DNA from: Candidatus Hadarchaeota archaeon
GTDB taxonomy: Archaea > CAYQAE01 > CAYVLA01
DNA: 50,798 nucleotides
Reading direction: 5' to 3'
Assembly: GCA_964452145.1 (NCBI GenBank)
Contig: CAYVLA010000012.1
Span: 1-50,798, forward strand
The position numbers were made by a program, and so were the translations under genes. Below are positions 18,401-27,441 of the stretch, piece after piece. How positions within the stretch are numbered: position 1 is the stretch's first letter; each line of letters begins with the position of its first letter. The notes beneath the pieces were generated by a model that ran no database searches, was not told where the DNA came from, and worked only from the letters and a program-made list of their open reading frames with translations.

Positions 18401-19843
18401 CTACCGGGCATCCTGGACGATGGCTGGGATGCTCTTCCAGCCCAGCCGCTTGCAGGCCTCAAACCGGAGGTGTCCCGCCAGGATGTCGTAGAGACCGCCC
18501 TCCGGCCTCCTCGCGACAACGATCGGTTGGAGCAGGCCCTGGGAGGCAATGCTCTTGGCCAACTGCTCGATGTCCTGATCATCTGCAGCCGGTTTGGCGG
18601 CGATGATGCGGTCGATCGGGATCTCCTGGACGTTCCTTATGCCGTGGGGTATACCAGCTTCCTGTTCCTTCCTGTCCGCCCCGGCCCTGTAGGAATAGAC
18701 GTAAGGTATGGCCAGGTCCACGGACGGCGTCTTCTGGATCTCGCCAAATATCCTCTTGCTTATCTCGTAGGAGATCTCCACCCTGTCCTTGACCCGCGTC
18801 TGGTATCTCAAACGGAGGTAAACCCCGTAGTCATAATAGTCTGATCGTATGTAGGGCTTCTGCCCAGTGGCGTCGATTATGTCCTTGGTGACCTCGTATG
18901 CAGCATTCAGCAGGATCTGTTCCGCGGTCTTCCAGTCAGAGTCGTACGTGATCCTGATGACGACCTCGTCCAGCATGAAGGCGGCCTCCTGCATAACGGT
19001 GTAGTTGATGACCACCTGGCTGAAGAGCATGGCATTGGGCACCAGCACGTTCCTGCCGACCGCCTCCTCGGACCCGACGCTTCCTCCGACCTGATCGAGC
19101 ATCGTGTACATTACGCCGATGTCCTTGATGTCGCCCGTCAGGCCGAGGTTCGGGAACTGGATGCGGTCCCCGGGCCGGAAGGGTCGCTTCAATGACACCA
19201 GCGCCCACGCCGCGAACCCGCTCACCGGGGCTTGGAGCGACCAGCCCAAGATCATGCCACCGAACAATGTGAACAGGGTCCCGAACATGAAGAGTGCCCC
19301 GAAGCCCCATGCAACCCCCATGACCACGGCGATCACGGCCACCAGCCTGTAGAGGCGGCCAATCATAGCCGCTTCCGCCGTGGGCTTCCCCCTGCGAGCC
19401 AGCAGGAAACGGGTCATGAGCATCAGCACCTCAGCGACTGCCAGGACCGCCGCTAGGACGACCAGCAACTGCGGCAGGGTGAAACCCTTATTGATGAACC
19501 TCACCGTGAACCACGTTCCCTCATCTGGATGCTGTCCGCCGCCTATCCACTCGACCGAATTCTCGGATAGTCCGTAGTCCACGCCCTGCGAGAAGGTTCT
19601 CTCTTCACCCTGAGAGAGTCCCCTGAGTTCCGTTATCCTCGCGATCGGAGCATCCCCAAGTCCGTACAGGCCTTTGCCTGGTTCGTACTGTATCTGGGTC
19701 CTGGACTCCCCCCCAGTGAGGGGCATGGCTCTAGGGGCAAGGGTGTAGAACACAAAGCAAGAAACGGCGATTGTGCTCCACAACGCTAGGAGCATCCACG
19801 TCCTGCCATTGGCGCTCATGATTTCATCATCCCGATCAAGCAT
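18401..19843 (-). CDS. MscS-family mechanosensitive channel with C-terminal ParB/Srx-like domain and an extracellular beta insert
   Basis: MscS core: LGWSLQ, RPFRPGDRI, GDIKDIGVMYT, VPN, ITYDSDW and IPY. The last ~80 aa match the ParB N-terminal domain (EIPIDRI, LAKSIASQGLLQPIVV, ILAGHLRFEACKRLG, IPAIV). Confidence 0.9.
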   Translation of the reverse strand: MLDRDDEIMSANGRTWMLLALWSTIAVSCFVFYTLAPRAMPLTGGESRTQIQYEPGKGLYGLGDAPIARITELRGLSQGEERTFSQGVDYGLSENSVEWIGGGQHPDEGTWFTVRFINKGFTLPQLLVVLAAVLAVAEVLMLMTRFLLARRGKPTAEAAMIGRLYRLVAVIAVVMGVAWGFGALFMFGTLFTLFGGMILGWSLQAPVSGFAAWALVSLKRPFRPGDRIQFPNLGLTGDIKDIGVMYTMLDQVGGSVGSEEAVGRNVLVPNAMLFSQVVINYTVMQEAAFMLDEVVIRITYDSDWKTAEQILLNAAYEVTKDIIDATGQKPYIRSDYYDYGVYLRLRYQTRVKDRVEISYEISKRIFGEIQKTPSVDLAIPYVYSYRAGADRKEQEAGIPHGIRNVQEIPIDRIIAAKPAADDQDIEQLAKSIASQGLLQPIVVARRPEGGLYDILAGHLRFEACKRLGWKSIPAIVQDAR

Positions 19844-20007
19844 GGAAACAATCGAGGATCTTCCGAACCGGTGACGGACAGTCTGCCCGCCCGTCTGCTA
19901 TCGTCAAGAGGATCTCTCAGGCGACGCGCCTCTTAGGGGCCCATCTCTTAAATGCTCTCAGGATCGCAGGATCGCCCACGCGGCCGGAGTATCCTACCCG
20001 CGCCTTT

Positions 20008-21438
20008 CTAGGGCGGGAGGTTCAGCTGCTCGTAGAACCTCGAAGCGATGGAGGTCTCTATCATCTCTATGAGGACCTTCTTCTCAGAAGTCAGGTCCTT
20101 GAACAGACCCAACGGAATCCTGGCAGCTCCCGAGGTCACCCGCCCCCCCGCCGGGCCATCCTTGCCGAAAGCTCGCTGCATCATGCCACCCATATTCAGC
20201 CCCACGTCGCGATTCCGGCCCGATATGACGACATCCTCGCCTACCACGCCGAAGACCAGGGCGGTGTTGATTCCCTCCAGCATCACCAACAGATCCGCCG
20301 CTTGGGAGATGGACTCCTTCTCCTTCACATACCCGACGTTGGATATCAGGTAGGCGCCTCTGATCTTCTTGTTCTCCACCGCCCTTCCCAGGATCTCCAC
20401 GGCCTCGTTGGACATATCGGGGCTCTTTATCCTGAGCAGCATGTTGTGATCGGCCCTGGCCTGCAGTTCGGCGGCGGCCTCTACGTCCTTTCTGCTGGCT
20501 CTCATGGTTAGATCGGCCGTGTCAGTCATTATGCCGTGAAGCAGGGCCGAGGCCAGGGACTGCGTGATGGGGATCCTGAGGAGTTTCAGGTACTCGTACA
20601 TTATCGTGGAGGTCGATCCGATGTCAGAACGCACATCGAGGAAATCGGCTTTGATGAGATCCACGCTGACGTCGTGGTGATCGATGACAATCTCAGGCCG
20701 GTAATCTCTGGGAAGCGGGTTATTCGAAGCCGGCATTGCCGAATCCACCAGGGCGACCAGGGTATAGTCGCCAAGCGGCTTCTCGAGTTCGTCGGGCCGC
20801 AGGAGCCTGGCTTCAAGGAGGTTGACCATCGCGCGGTTCTCACGGTGGCCGATCTCTCCTCCGTACAGGATGACGCCATCCTTGCCGTACTGGGCGGCCA
20901 TTCGCTGCATCGCCATGGCGCTGGCGATGGAGTCGGGATCCGGGTCATTGTGCATCACTATCAGGATCTCCTCGCTGAAGGAGTCCTTGATGAGCTTCTC
21001 CAGGGCCCTCGCCCTCCTGAGGCTCTCCTCGGCCTCCAGCAGGCCTTTCCCGACCATTGCCGAAATCAGGTTCTCCACGACCAGGGCATCCGGCGTGAAG
21101 GCCCAGTCCGCCCCTGTCTTCCTCCGGTCCTCCTCGCTCATATCGTCCGGAACAGCGACGAAGGTCCGACAAGAGGGGTTGGATTTCTGTATGTGCTCGA
21201 GCACAGCCATGTTGGACTCCAGATCCTTGGACAGCATGTACGCAACGGCCGCCTGCTTGATCAGCCCCTCAAACTTCCAGGGCTTCTTCAGATCCTGTCT
21301 GACCGCCCTGAAGCCGCTTGCCCGTAGGAATCTGACGAGCTTCCTGTTGCTGTCCACTATCGATACCTGCTTGCCCTTCTGTCTGAGGGCATTGCCGAGG
21401 ATGTAACCGGTCCTGCCGCATCCAACGATTAGATGCAA
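20008..21438 (-). CDS. DHH/DHHA1 phosphoesterase with N-terminal TrkA-N (RCK) domain
   Basis: N-terminal LIVGCGRTG Rossmann motif; HNDPDPDS, LVD, IDHH and GIMTDT; C-terminal SGR...AGG. Confidence 0.9.
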   Translation of the reverse strand: MHLIVGCGRTGYILGNALRQKGKQVSIVDSNRKLVRFLRASGFRAVRQDLKKPWKFEGLIKQAAVAYMLSKDLESNMAVLEHIQKSNPSCRTFVAVPDDMSEEDRRKTGADWAFTPDALVVENLISAMVGKGLLEAEESLRRARALEKLIKDSFSEEILIVMHNDPDPDSIASAMAMQRMAAQYGKDGVILYGGEIGHRENRAMVNLLEARLLRPDELEKPLGDYTLVALVDSAMPASNNPLPRDYRPEIVIDHHDVSVDLIKADFLDVRSDIGSTSTIMYEYLKLLRIPITQSLASALLHGIMTDTADLTMRASRKDVEAAAELQARADHNMLLRIKSPDMSNEAVEILGRAVENKKIRGAYLISNVGYVKEKESISQAADLLVMLEGINTALVFGVVGEDVVISGRNRDVGLNMGGMMQRAFGKDGPAGGRVTSGAARIPLGLFKDLTSEKKVLIEMIETSIASRFYEQLNLPP

Positions 21439-21446
21439 TCGCTCAC

Positions 21447-24329
21447 CTATTCCAGATATATTGCGGGCTTCAATGGTACCGCCTTCCGAGCCTTGGCTTC
21501 GGGGTCGTGTTTGGGGCTCTCGGCCTTCTGAACCGATACCTCCATGCCCGTCTCCGTTGATATGAATCCGGAGGCTTCCGAGAGCACGCTGAACTCATCT
21601 ATCCCGACGGAGTCCATGCCCACGATATCCTCTCTCGGTCTACGCGAGGCGTCCTGATGGGCCTGTTGCAGATAGGCGACTGCGGCCTTGCCCAGCTTCC
21701 TGTTTTCGTGGTCCTTCATGGCCTCGGCGATGAGATCGGATGCCTTGCGGTTCTCAAGGACGGCCTTTGCGACCAACGGGAGCAGACGCATCTTCCAGGG
21801 CTCGGCCACGTAGAGGTTGACCCTGCTGTACTTGGATCCCGTCGCGGCAACGATCTTCTTGACGTCCTCTACAGTATTTCGCACCATCGACTCTGCGAGC
21901 TCCACCGCCGGTGCTGCCTCTTGCTTCTCGGGAGTGGGCCATGACGCCTGAACGATGAAGGGCTTTCTGCCCATGCTCTCCCACATCTCCTCGCAGAAAT
22001 GGGGTGCGAAGGGCGCCATCATCCTGAGCCACTGGTCGAGGACCTTCTCAAGAACCGAGGGATCCGCATCTCCCCCGGTTCTCTTAAGGTAGTACTGTAT
22101 GTCATTGTAGGTTTCGAACATGAGTTCCTGGATCGCTTTACGTGAGGAGATGCTTTCTATGTGCCTCTCCACCAAGAAGATCCTCTTATCCATCCTGTAC
22201 GACAGCCAGGCATCGATTGGCCTGTCCGTTCCCTTCCCGGCGGCCGTCCCGCGTGCCAGTTCCCCGATCCTGTCCTTGAACCAAGCGAGCCGCCTCGCCA
22301 CAGAATTCCGGAGCGACGCTTCGTAGTTAATGTCCTGACCGAACTCGGCGCACGCCGCGAACCAGAGCCTCACGATGTCGGCTCCCCACTGGTCCAGCGA
22401 GTCAGCAATTGGGATGGAGTTCCCTTTGGACTTGCTCATCTTGACGCCCTCGTTGAGGACGATTCCGCTGGCTGCAATGCCCTTGGGCCAAAGCTCGTCC
22501 GGGAAAATGGCGGCGTGGTTGAACATGAAGAACGTGGCGTGGTTTCCAATCAGGTCTGGCCCCACGAACCTGAGGTCGTTCGGATACCATGCCAGGAACT
22601 CCTTCCTCATATCTTCGATGAGCTCAGCCCCCAGTCCGGTCGTGAGGGCGATTTCCTTGGATGATCCCCGGCCCAGGAACACGTAGTCGAACAGCGATTT
22701 CGTGAGCGCATCGGTCGGGATCTTGTTTGCGTTGATGGTCTTCGCCACGGTGTAGTAGGCCATGTAGATGGTGCTGTCCGACAGGGGCTCTATGATCCAT
22801 CTGGGATCCGGGGGAAACGGGGTCCCGAAGCCTATCTTTCTTGCGCACGGCTTCTCGCGCATCCAGCCTATGTAGTACTCGAAGCTCTTCCTGAGTTTCT
22901 CGGGGATGATCCTCATCCCGCCCAACAGCCTGAGCGTGCTGTCCTTCCAGGAGGGGTCACCGTAGTCTATGAACCACTGATCCTCCACGACCTTGATGTA
23001 GCAGGGCTGGCGGCATCTACAAACCACCGGGGTCGTGGTTTCGTACATCAGGTCCGCGATCCCCTGAGAGATGAAGTCCTTGGATAGGATATCCTTGGCT
23101 TGCGAGACAGTTTTCCCTGCGTACTTGCCGGTCCTGGGGCCCAGGATGCCTTCGTAGAACTCCTTCTTGTAGATGATCTCGGTGGCCTTCTGGAGCCTCT
23201 CCAGATCGTCCTGCGATCCTATCTTCATCTTCCTTACGATATCCACCGCCGGCCACTCGGACAGCCCTTCGACCTTGATCAAACCTATCGGGGATATGGA
23301 GGATACCAGTTCGGCAGAAACGCTTGCCTGATGCGCTAGGGAGGGCTGCCGTTTGAGATCCTCGAGCGCCTGGTAGTCGAGGGGGGCATGCGCCGGCACG
23401 CTCATCACAACCCCGGTTGCGTTGCAGGTATCCACGAAGGTTGCGGGCAGGATCGGGACCTTGTCTCGTGTGAGGGGGTTCGTGCATTCTTGGCCGAACA
23501 GCGGGTGGATGTCGGTCGGCCCAAGATCGGACACACCCTTCTTCTGCCGTTCCAGCTTTCCGACGGCCTCCTTGCCCACGATCCAGAATTCCTCGCCGAT
23601 CCTCACCCTGTGATACCGGCCATCGGGCCTCAGCCACATGTTGGTTACGCCGTAGACCGTCTCAGGCCTCAAGGTGGCTGCAGGAAGAATTGTGCCGTCC
23701 TTGAGGGCGAACTTGAGGACGGTGAACTCCACTATGTCAGCTTCCTCTCCGATCACCCTGTCCGCCTCTCCGACCGCATTTCCACAGGAGTCGCACCATA
23801 TGACGGGATGGGATCCCTTTGCCAGGTGGCCGGCCGCGTCAAGGTTGGCGAACTGCCACTCTATGAACTTGGTGTAGGGCTTGTCCTTGGTCATGAAAGA
23901 TCTCCGCCAATCGATGGACAGCCCGATCTGCTCGAAGTTTGCCCTTATCCTCCGGCTGAAGTACTCCACAATCTTCTCCGGATCCCTGAAGCTCTCGATG
24001 TCCTGATAGGAGACGCGGTGGACCCTGTGATAATCCTCTATCACGTCCCTGTCGCCCCTCTCGATTGCCTTGGCGAAGCCTGTGGTAGCGGGACCCGTGA
24101 CGTGGAACCCCATGGGGAAAAGGACGGTGTACCCCTTCATGCGGTAGTACCGGGCAGTGAAGTCCGCCGGAAGGTATGTGCCGAGATGGCCCAGGTGCAT
24201 AAGGCCGTTTGGATAAGGGTAGGCCGCTGTGATGTAGAGCTTAGGTCCTTCGGGGGCATCGGCCTCATAGATCCCCGCCTCCCTCCAGCGGCCTTGCCAC
24301 TTGCCCTCTGTTTCCCTGAAGTCAGCCAA
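21447..24329 (-). CDS. leuS: Leucine--tRNA ligase (archaeal/eukaryotic type)
   Basis: YPYPNGLMHLGH, ATLRPET, GVVMSVPAHAP, IEPLSDSTIY, KMSKSKGN and C-terminal PLKPAIYLE. Confidence 0.97.
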   Translation of the reverse strand: MADFRETEGKWQGRWREAGIYEADAPEGPKLYITAAYPYPNGLMHLGHLGTYLPADFTARYYRMKGYTVLFPMGFHVTGPATTGFAKAIERGDRDVIEDYHRVHRVSYQDIESFRDPEKIVEYFSRRIRANFEQIGLSIDWRRSFMTKDKPYTKFIEWQFANLDAAGHLAKGSHPVIWCDSCGNAVGEADRVIGEEADIVEFTVLKFALKDGTILPAATLRPETVYGVTNMWLRPDGRYHRVRIGEEFWIVGKEAVGKLERQKKGVSDLGPTDIHPLFGQECTNPLTRDKVPILPATFVDTCNATGVVMSVPAHAPLDYQALEDLKRQPSLAHQASVSAELVSSISPIGLIKVEGLSEWPAVDIVRKMKIGSQDDLERLQKATEIIYKKEFYEGILGPRTGKYAGKTVSQAKDILSKDFISQGIADLMYETTTPVVCRCRQPCYIKVVEDQWFIDYGDPSWKDSTLRLLGGMRIIPEKLRKSFEYYIGWMREKPCARKIGFGTPFPPDPRWIIEPLSDSTIYMAYYTVAKTINANKIPTDALTKSLFDYVFLGRGSSKEIALTTGLGAELIEDMRKEFLAWYPNDLRFVGPDLIGNHATFFMFNHAAIFPDELWPKGIAASGIVLNEGVKMSKSKGNSIPIADSLDQWGADIVRLWFAACAEFGQDINYEASLRNSVARRLAWFKDRIGELARGTAAGKGTDRPIDAWLSYRMDKRIFLVERHIESISSRKAIQELMFETYNDIQYYLKRTGGDADPSVLEKVLDQWLRMMAPFAPHFCEEMWESMGRKPFIVQASWPTPEKQEAAPAVELAESMVRNTVEDVKKIVAATGSKYSRVNLYVAEPWKMRLLPLVAKAVLENRKASDLIAEAMKDHENRKLGKAAVAYLQQAHQDASRRPREDIVGMDSVGIDEFSVLSEASGFISTETGMEVSVQKAESPKHDPEAKARKAVPLKPAIYLE

Positions 24330-24427
24330 GAAGGGCCCTCCGGAAAAGCAGGCGGTATCCTAAGCCCTCTGCCCTGAGGCCCCTACAACTTTTTAAATAT
24401 CTTTCCGGGTCGAAGCGTGATAAGGAG

Positions 24428-24985
24428 ATGTCCCTTTTCGCCCAACAGAGGCGCGAGGTGTTCCCTTTGGCAAGAATTAGGAGATTCTTGGCGCTTCTGG
24501 TGCTAGTTGGTGTCGTTGCTACAGCACTCAGCGCTAGGAGAGGCATTGGCATCCAGGTGCAGACCGACGGAACCCTCTTCGCGAGAGGAATGACCGACGA
24601 GGTCAACATCACGCTGCTGAACCGAGACAATCGCCAGCACAAGATAGTTGCCCAGCTGGTCGCTGTGCGTCCCGGACTGCTGGTGGCGCCGGACTACCTC
24701 GGTAGCAGTGCAACCGGGGCGGCAACGCTCAACTCCGGCGATCACCGGCTGATGAGCCTGTCCTTGGATACCTCGGAGCTCCAGGCGGGCGAGAGGTACA
24801 AGGTGGGCATCCTGATCTACCGTAACCTGAACTCCACGGAGTTCCCCATGAAGGGATCTCTGCTGGCGGTTGCCCACGTTGCTGACATAACCATCTGCGA
24901 TCCCCTGGAGATCGTGAACGCCAACGCATCCCTCTGCAATCAGATCGGCATACGCGACATCATGTCGGATGCCACTACGCCTTGA
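24428..24985 (+). CDS. Hypothetical exported protein with a single beta-rich (Ig-like) domain
   Basis: Basic plus hydrophobic N-terminus, beta-strand pattern and N-x-S/T sequons. Upstream TATA-like TTTTAAATA shared divergently with leuS. Confidence 0.6.
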   Translation: MSLFAQQRREVFPLARIRRFLALLVLVGVVATALSARRGIGIQVQTDGTLFARGMTDEVNITLLNRDNRQHKIVAQLVAVRPGLLVAPDYLGSSATGAATLNSGDHRLMSLSLDTSELQAGERYKVGILIYRNLNSTEFPMKGSLLAVAHVADITICDPLEIVNANASLCNQIGIRDIMSDATTP

Positions 24986-24993
24986 CGGTGTCC

Positions 24994-25022
24994 GGGCGGA
25001 TCCTTGGGGTCCGCCCCTTTTT
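24994..25022 (+). terminator. GC hairpin followed by a T-tract
   Basis: GGGCGGATCC-TTG-GGGTCCGCCC then CTTTTT, starting 9 nt after the stop at 24985. Confidence 0.55.
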
Positions 25023-25093
25023 CCCATCAGCCGGGGGGAATGGGTTTCAATGGTCGAAAGATCAGTACCACATAGACCCAAGTAGGGGTGACT

Positions 25094-25422
25094 ATGAAGC
25101 TGGCTGACTGGGCAAGGAAACACGGCATCGACTACAAGACGGCTTACAGGCTCTTCTGAACCGGATAACTACCCCGCCCCACCCAACAACTCCTCACCGG
25201 GACCATACTCGCACACGAGGAAGACCACCCGCCCACCGCCAACACCGTGCTCTACGCTTGCTCTACGCCCGCGTCTCATCCTTGGATCAGAAGCCTGCCT
25301 GGAAAGGCAGATCGCCCGGCTACGCGACTACGCCTTGGCAAGGGCCTTGAGGTGACAGCCGAAGTCTGTAGAATTGGCTCAGGCTTCAACGGATACCTGA
25401 AAGAGGCTCTTCAAGCTTCCGA
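25094..25422 (+). pseudogene. Decayed IS607-family TnpA (serine recombinase/transposase) remnant
   Basis: MKLADWARKHGIDYKTAYRLF*TG*LP..QQLLTGTIL..VLYA, then after frameshifts RVSS..Q..LERQIARL..IGSGFNG. Stops at 25157 and 25166, 11-bp near-tandem duplication at 25248-25269, truncated against the pgk stop. Confidence 0.85.
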
Positions 25423-26649
25423 TCACCCGCCTCTTCCCGCAAGGCCCTCCTTCGTCAGCAGCGAGATGGAAGGGATCTCCTGGTCCCCTAGGAGGGCCAA
25501 GAGCGCCCCCCCTCCCGTGGAGATATGGACATTTTTCGACATTCCCATCTCCTCAGCCAAGGCACCCAGATGTCCTCCCCCGAGCAGTTTGACCTTGGCC
25601 TTTGACATGGCAATGGCCAGGAGAAGAGAGACGGTGCCCTTCTCAAATCCCTCCATTTCGAAGAATCCGGTAGGCCCGTTGGCAAATATGCTCTTGGCAT
25701 TCGAGAGGTGGTCCGAGAAAGTCTCCATTGTTTCAGGTCCTATGTCCATGATGGCCCGATTCGAGATCGCGCCCACCGTGCACTCGACTCGCCTTCCCCT
25801 TTCAACGACAGCGACGTCTGAGGGCAGGAAAACCCTTTCGGGATACTTCTCCAGTATCCTCGAGGCCGAAAGCAGCTGCTCGCTTGTCTCGATCGCGCCT
25901 TGGTTGGCGCGTCCGATCTCATGGCCAGCTGCTTCGAGGAAGACGATTCCCGCTAGCCCCGATATCAGAACCTCGTCGACCCTATCCTTCTGAAGCATCT
26001 CCTCGAGAAGCTTGAGCTTGGTCTCGAGCTTGGCACCTCCCAAGCAGAGCACCCGCGGGCTGGCCGCGGTCTCCAAGACCCTTGAAATGGTGAGCAACTC
26101 GGACTCCATCAGCCTGCCCGCATAGGGATCGAGCAATCGGGGAAGGCCCGCGAGGCTGGCCTGGCATCTGTGTGACGCGGCGAAGGCGTCGTTTACGTAT
26201 ATGTCGAATAGCGGCGCGAGTCGTCTGCACAAGTGTGTCCGAACCAGCACCTCGGGCCTGGCTTCATAGTTCTCCTCCGCGCATAGGCGCAGATTGTCCA
26301 AGACCAGGATCTCGCCTGGCTTCAGTCTTGATATCGCATCCAGCGCGGCGGGCCCGACCACGTCGGGCACGAAGGTCACTCTCCTCCCAGATGCCTCGCG
26401 AATCATATCTGCATGCTTCTCCATGGAGGAGAAATCCCCTCGCATGGGCCTGGATTGATGGCTTGCGACGACGACCGCCGCCCCGGACAGCTGGTTGATG
26501 GTGGGCATGGACTTGGTTATCCTGCTGCCGTCCAGGATCTCCCACGTCACCGGATTCAGGGGCAAGTTCATGTCGACTCTGAGGAATACCTTCTTGCCCC
26601 TTGCGTCGACATCATCCAAGGTTCTGAGGGAGCCCCTGGCAACCCTCAT
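25423..26649 (-). CDS. pgk: Phosphoglycerate kinase
   Basis: LRVDMNLP, SHQSRP, LDNLR, VNDAFAASHR, LGGAK, NGPTG and HISTGGGA motifs. Confidence 0.97.
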   Translation of the reverse strand: MRVARGSLRTLDDVDARGKKVFLRVDMNLPLNPVTWEILDGSRITKSMPTINQLSGAAVVVASHQSRPMRGDFSSMEKHADMIREASGRRVTFVPDVVGPAALDAISRLKPGEILVLDNLRLCAEENYEARPEVLVRTHLCRRLAPLFDIYVNDAFAASHRCQASLAGLPRLLDPYAGRLMESELLTISRVLETAASPRVLCLGGAKLETKLKLLEEMLQKDRVDEVLISGLAGIVFLEAAGHEIGRANQGAIETSEQLLSASRILEKYPERVFLPSDVAVVERGRRVECTVGAISNRAIMDIGPETMETFSDHLSNAKSIFANGPTGFFEMEGFEKGTVSLLLAIAMSKAKVKLLGGGHLGALAEEMGMSKNVHISTGGGALLALLGDQEIPSISLLTKEGLAGRGG

Positions 26650-27251
26650 GGTTTGATCGCCCTGAGTAGACAGTGGCTGCTCACGCCCTCGACCTGCCCC
26701 GTCGCATCCTTCCAGGGCCTCTTATCCACGAAGATGAATATGCCCACCGGATGGGTGTCCGTCTCCTTGAGTTTGTCGATGACCCGGGCCAATGTCCTTC
26801 CGGTGGTTATCACGTGATCGACCAAGATGATCCTCTTGTTGAAGAGATCGAAAAAAGGAGATATGAATTCGATGGGGCCCGAGGTCTTCGCTATGACGCA
26901 GGGCTTTCCAAGGTCCCGGGCCACCTCCTGTGCAATCGGGACTCCGTTGACCGCCAGGCCACAGACGGCGTCGATCGTGCCAGCGTCCAGCTTCTCCCGC
27001 ACAAGGGATGACATCATCTTGCCCAGAAGAATCAGCCTTTCACGGTTTGCGCCGATCGTAGCCCAATCCACGAGGGTATCGGCGACAGGTTTCCGGGTTC
27101 TGCGGCGCTCGTCCATATGGGTCATCAGCCATATGACTGTGTCAGGCGACAGATTCAGCGCCTCCGCTATCTTGTCGGTTCCCATGCCCTTCCTTCGCAT
27201 CTCTACCAGTTGTCTCTGGAGTTCCTCCACGACCGCTCGAGGCATGGTCAT
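26646..27251 (-). CDS. HTH + phosphoribosyltransferase-fold protein (GfcR / archaeal OPRTase-like family)
   Basis: N-terminal HTH (GMGTDKIAEALNLSPDTVIWL), VDWATIG, GLAVNGVPIA and variant PRPP loop LVDHVITTGRT. ATGA overlap with pgk. Confidence 0.82.
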   Translation of the reverse strand: MTMPRAVVEELQRQLVEMRRKGMGTDKIAEALNLSPDTVIWLMTHMDERRRTRKPVADTLVDWATIGANRERLILLGKMMSSLVREKLDAGTIDAVCGLAVNGVPIAQEVARDLGKPCVIAKTSGPIEFISPFFDLFNKRIILVDHVITTGRTLARVIDKLKETDTHPVGIFIFVDKRPWKDATGQVEGVSSHCLLRAIKP

Positions 27252-27330
27252 TGATGTTCTCGGCTGCTTTCTTAAGCCTTTGGTTTCAAAGACTGATGGA
27301 TTGACAGGTGGGCGGCGATGGGCATCGGCT

Positions 27331-27441
27331 CTCATGATTTCGAGGAAGGCCTTCGCAGAGGTCGGCCAGACTGGGCTGGATCCGGGAGGGCCAATGATGC
27401 AAGCATTCCCGACGTTCCCGCCGGTGCAGGCAAGCGGCTGA
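27331..27441 (+). pseudogene. 3'-end remnant of a third GATase-like membrane-protein paralog
   Basis: Encodes LMISRKAFAEVGQTGLDPG versus LMVSRKAFREVGQSRLRPG at the end of 27545-28753. By hand, 38 of 48 nt are identical to 28694-28741. Confidence 0.75.

Noticed and set aside
18401..18640. A ParABS partition locus
   Set aside because: The ParB-like domain lacks the HTH and dimerisation regions, is fused to MscS, and no parA or parS-like site is visible.
9739..24329. Inteins in alaS or leuS
   Set aside because: Lengths (911 and 960 aa) are normal and no intein splice-junction or LAGLIDADG motifs were seen.
25247..25993. 248-aa ORF as an intact transposase
   Set aside because: Only its first ~60 codons overlap the frameshifted IS607 remnant; the rest is antisense to pgk.
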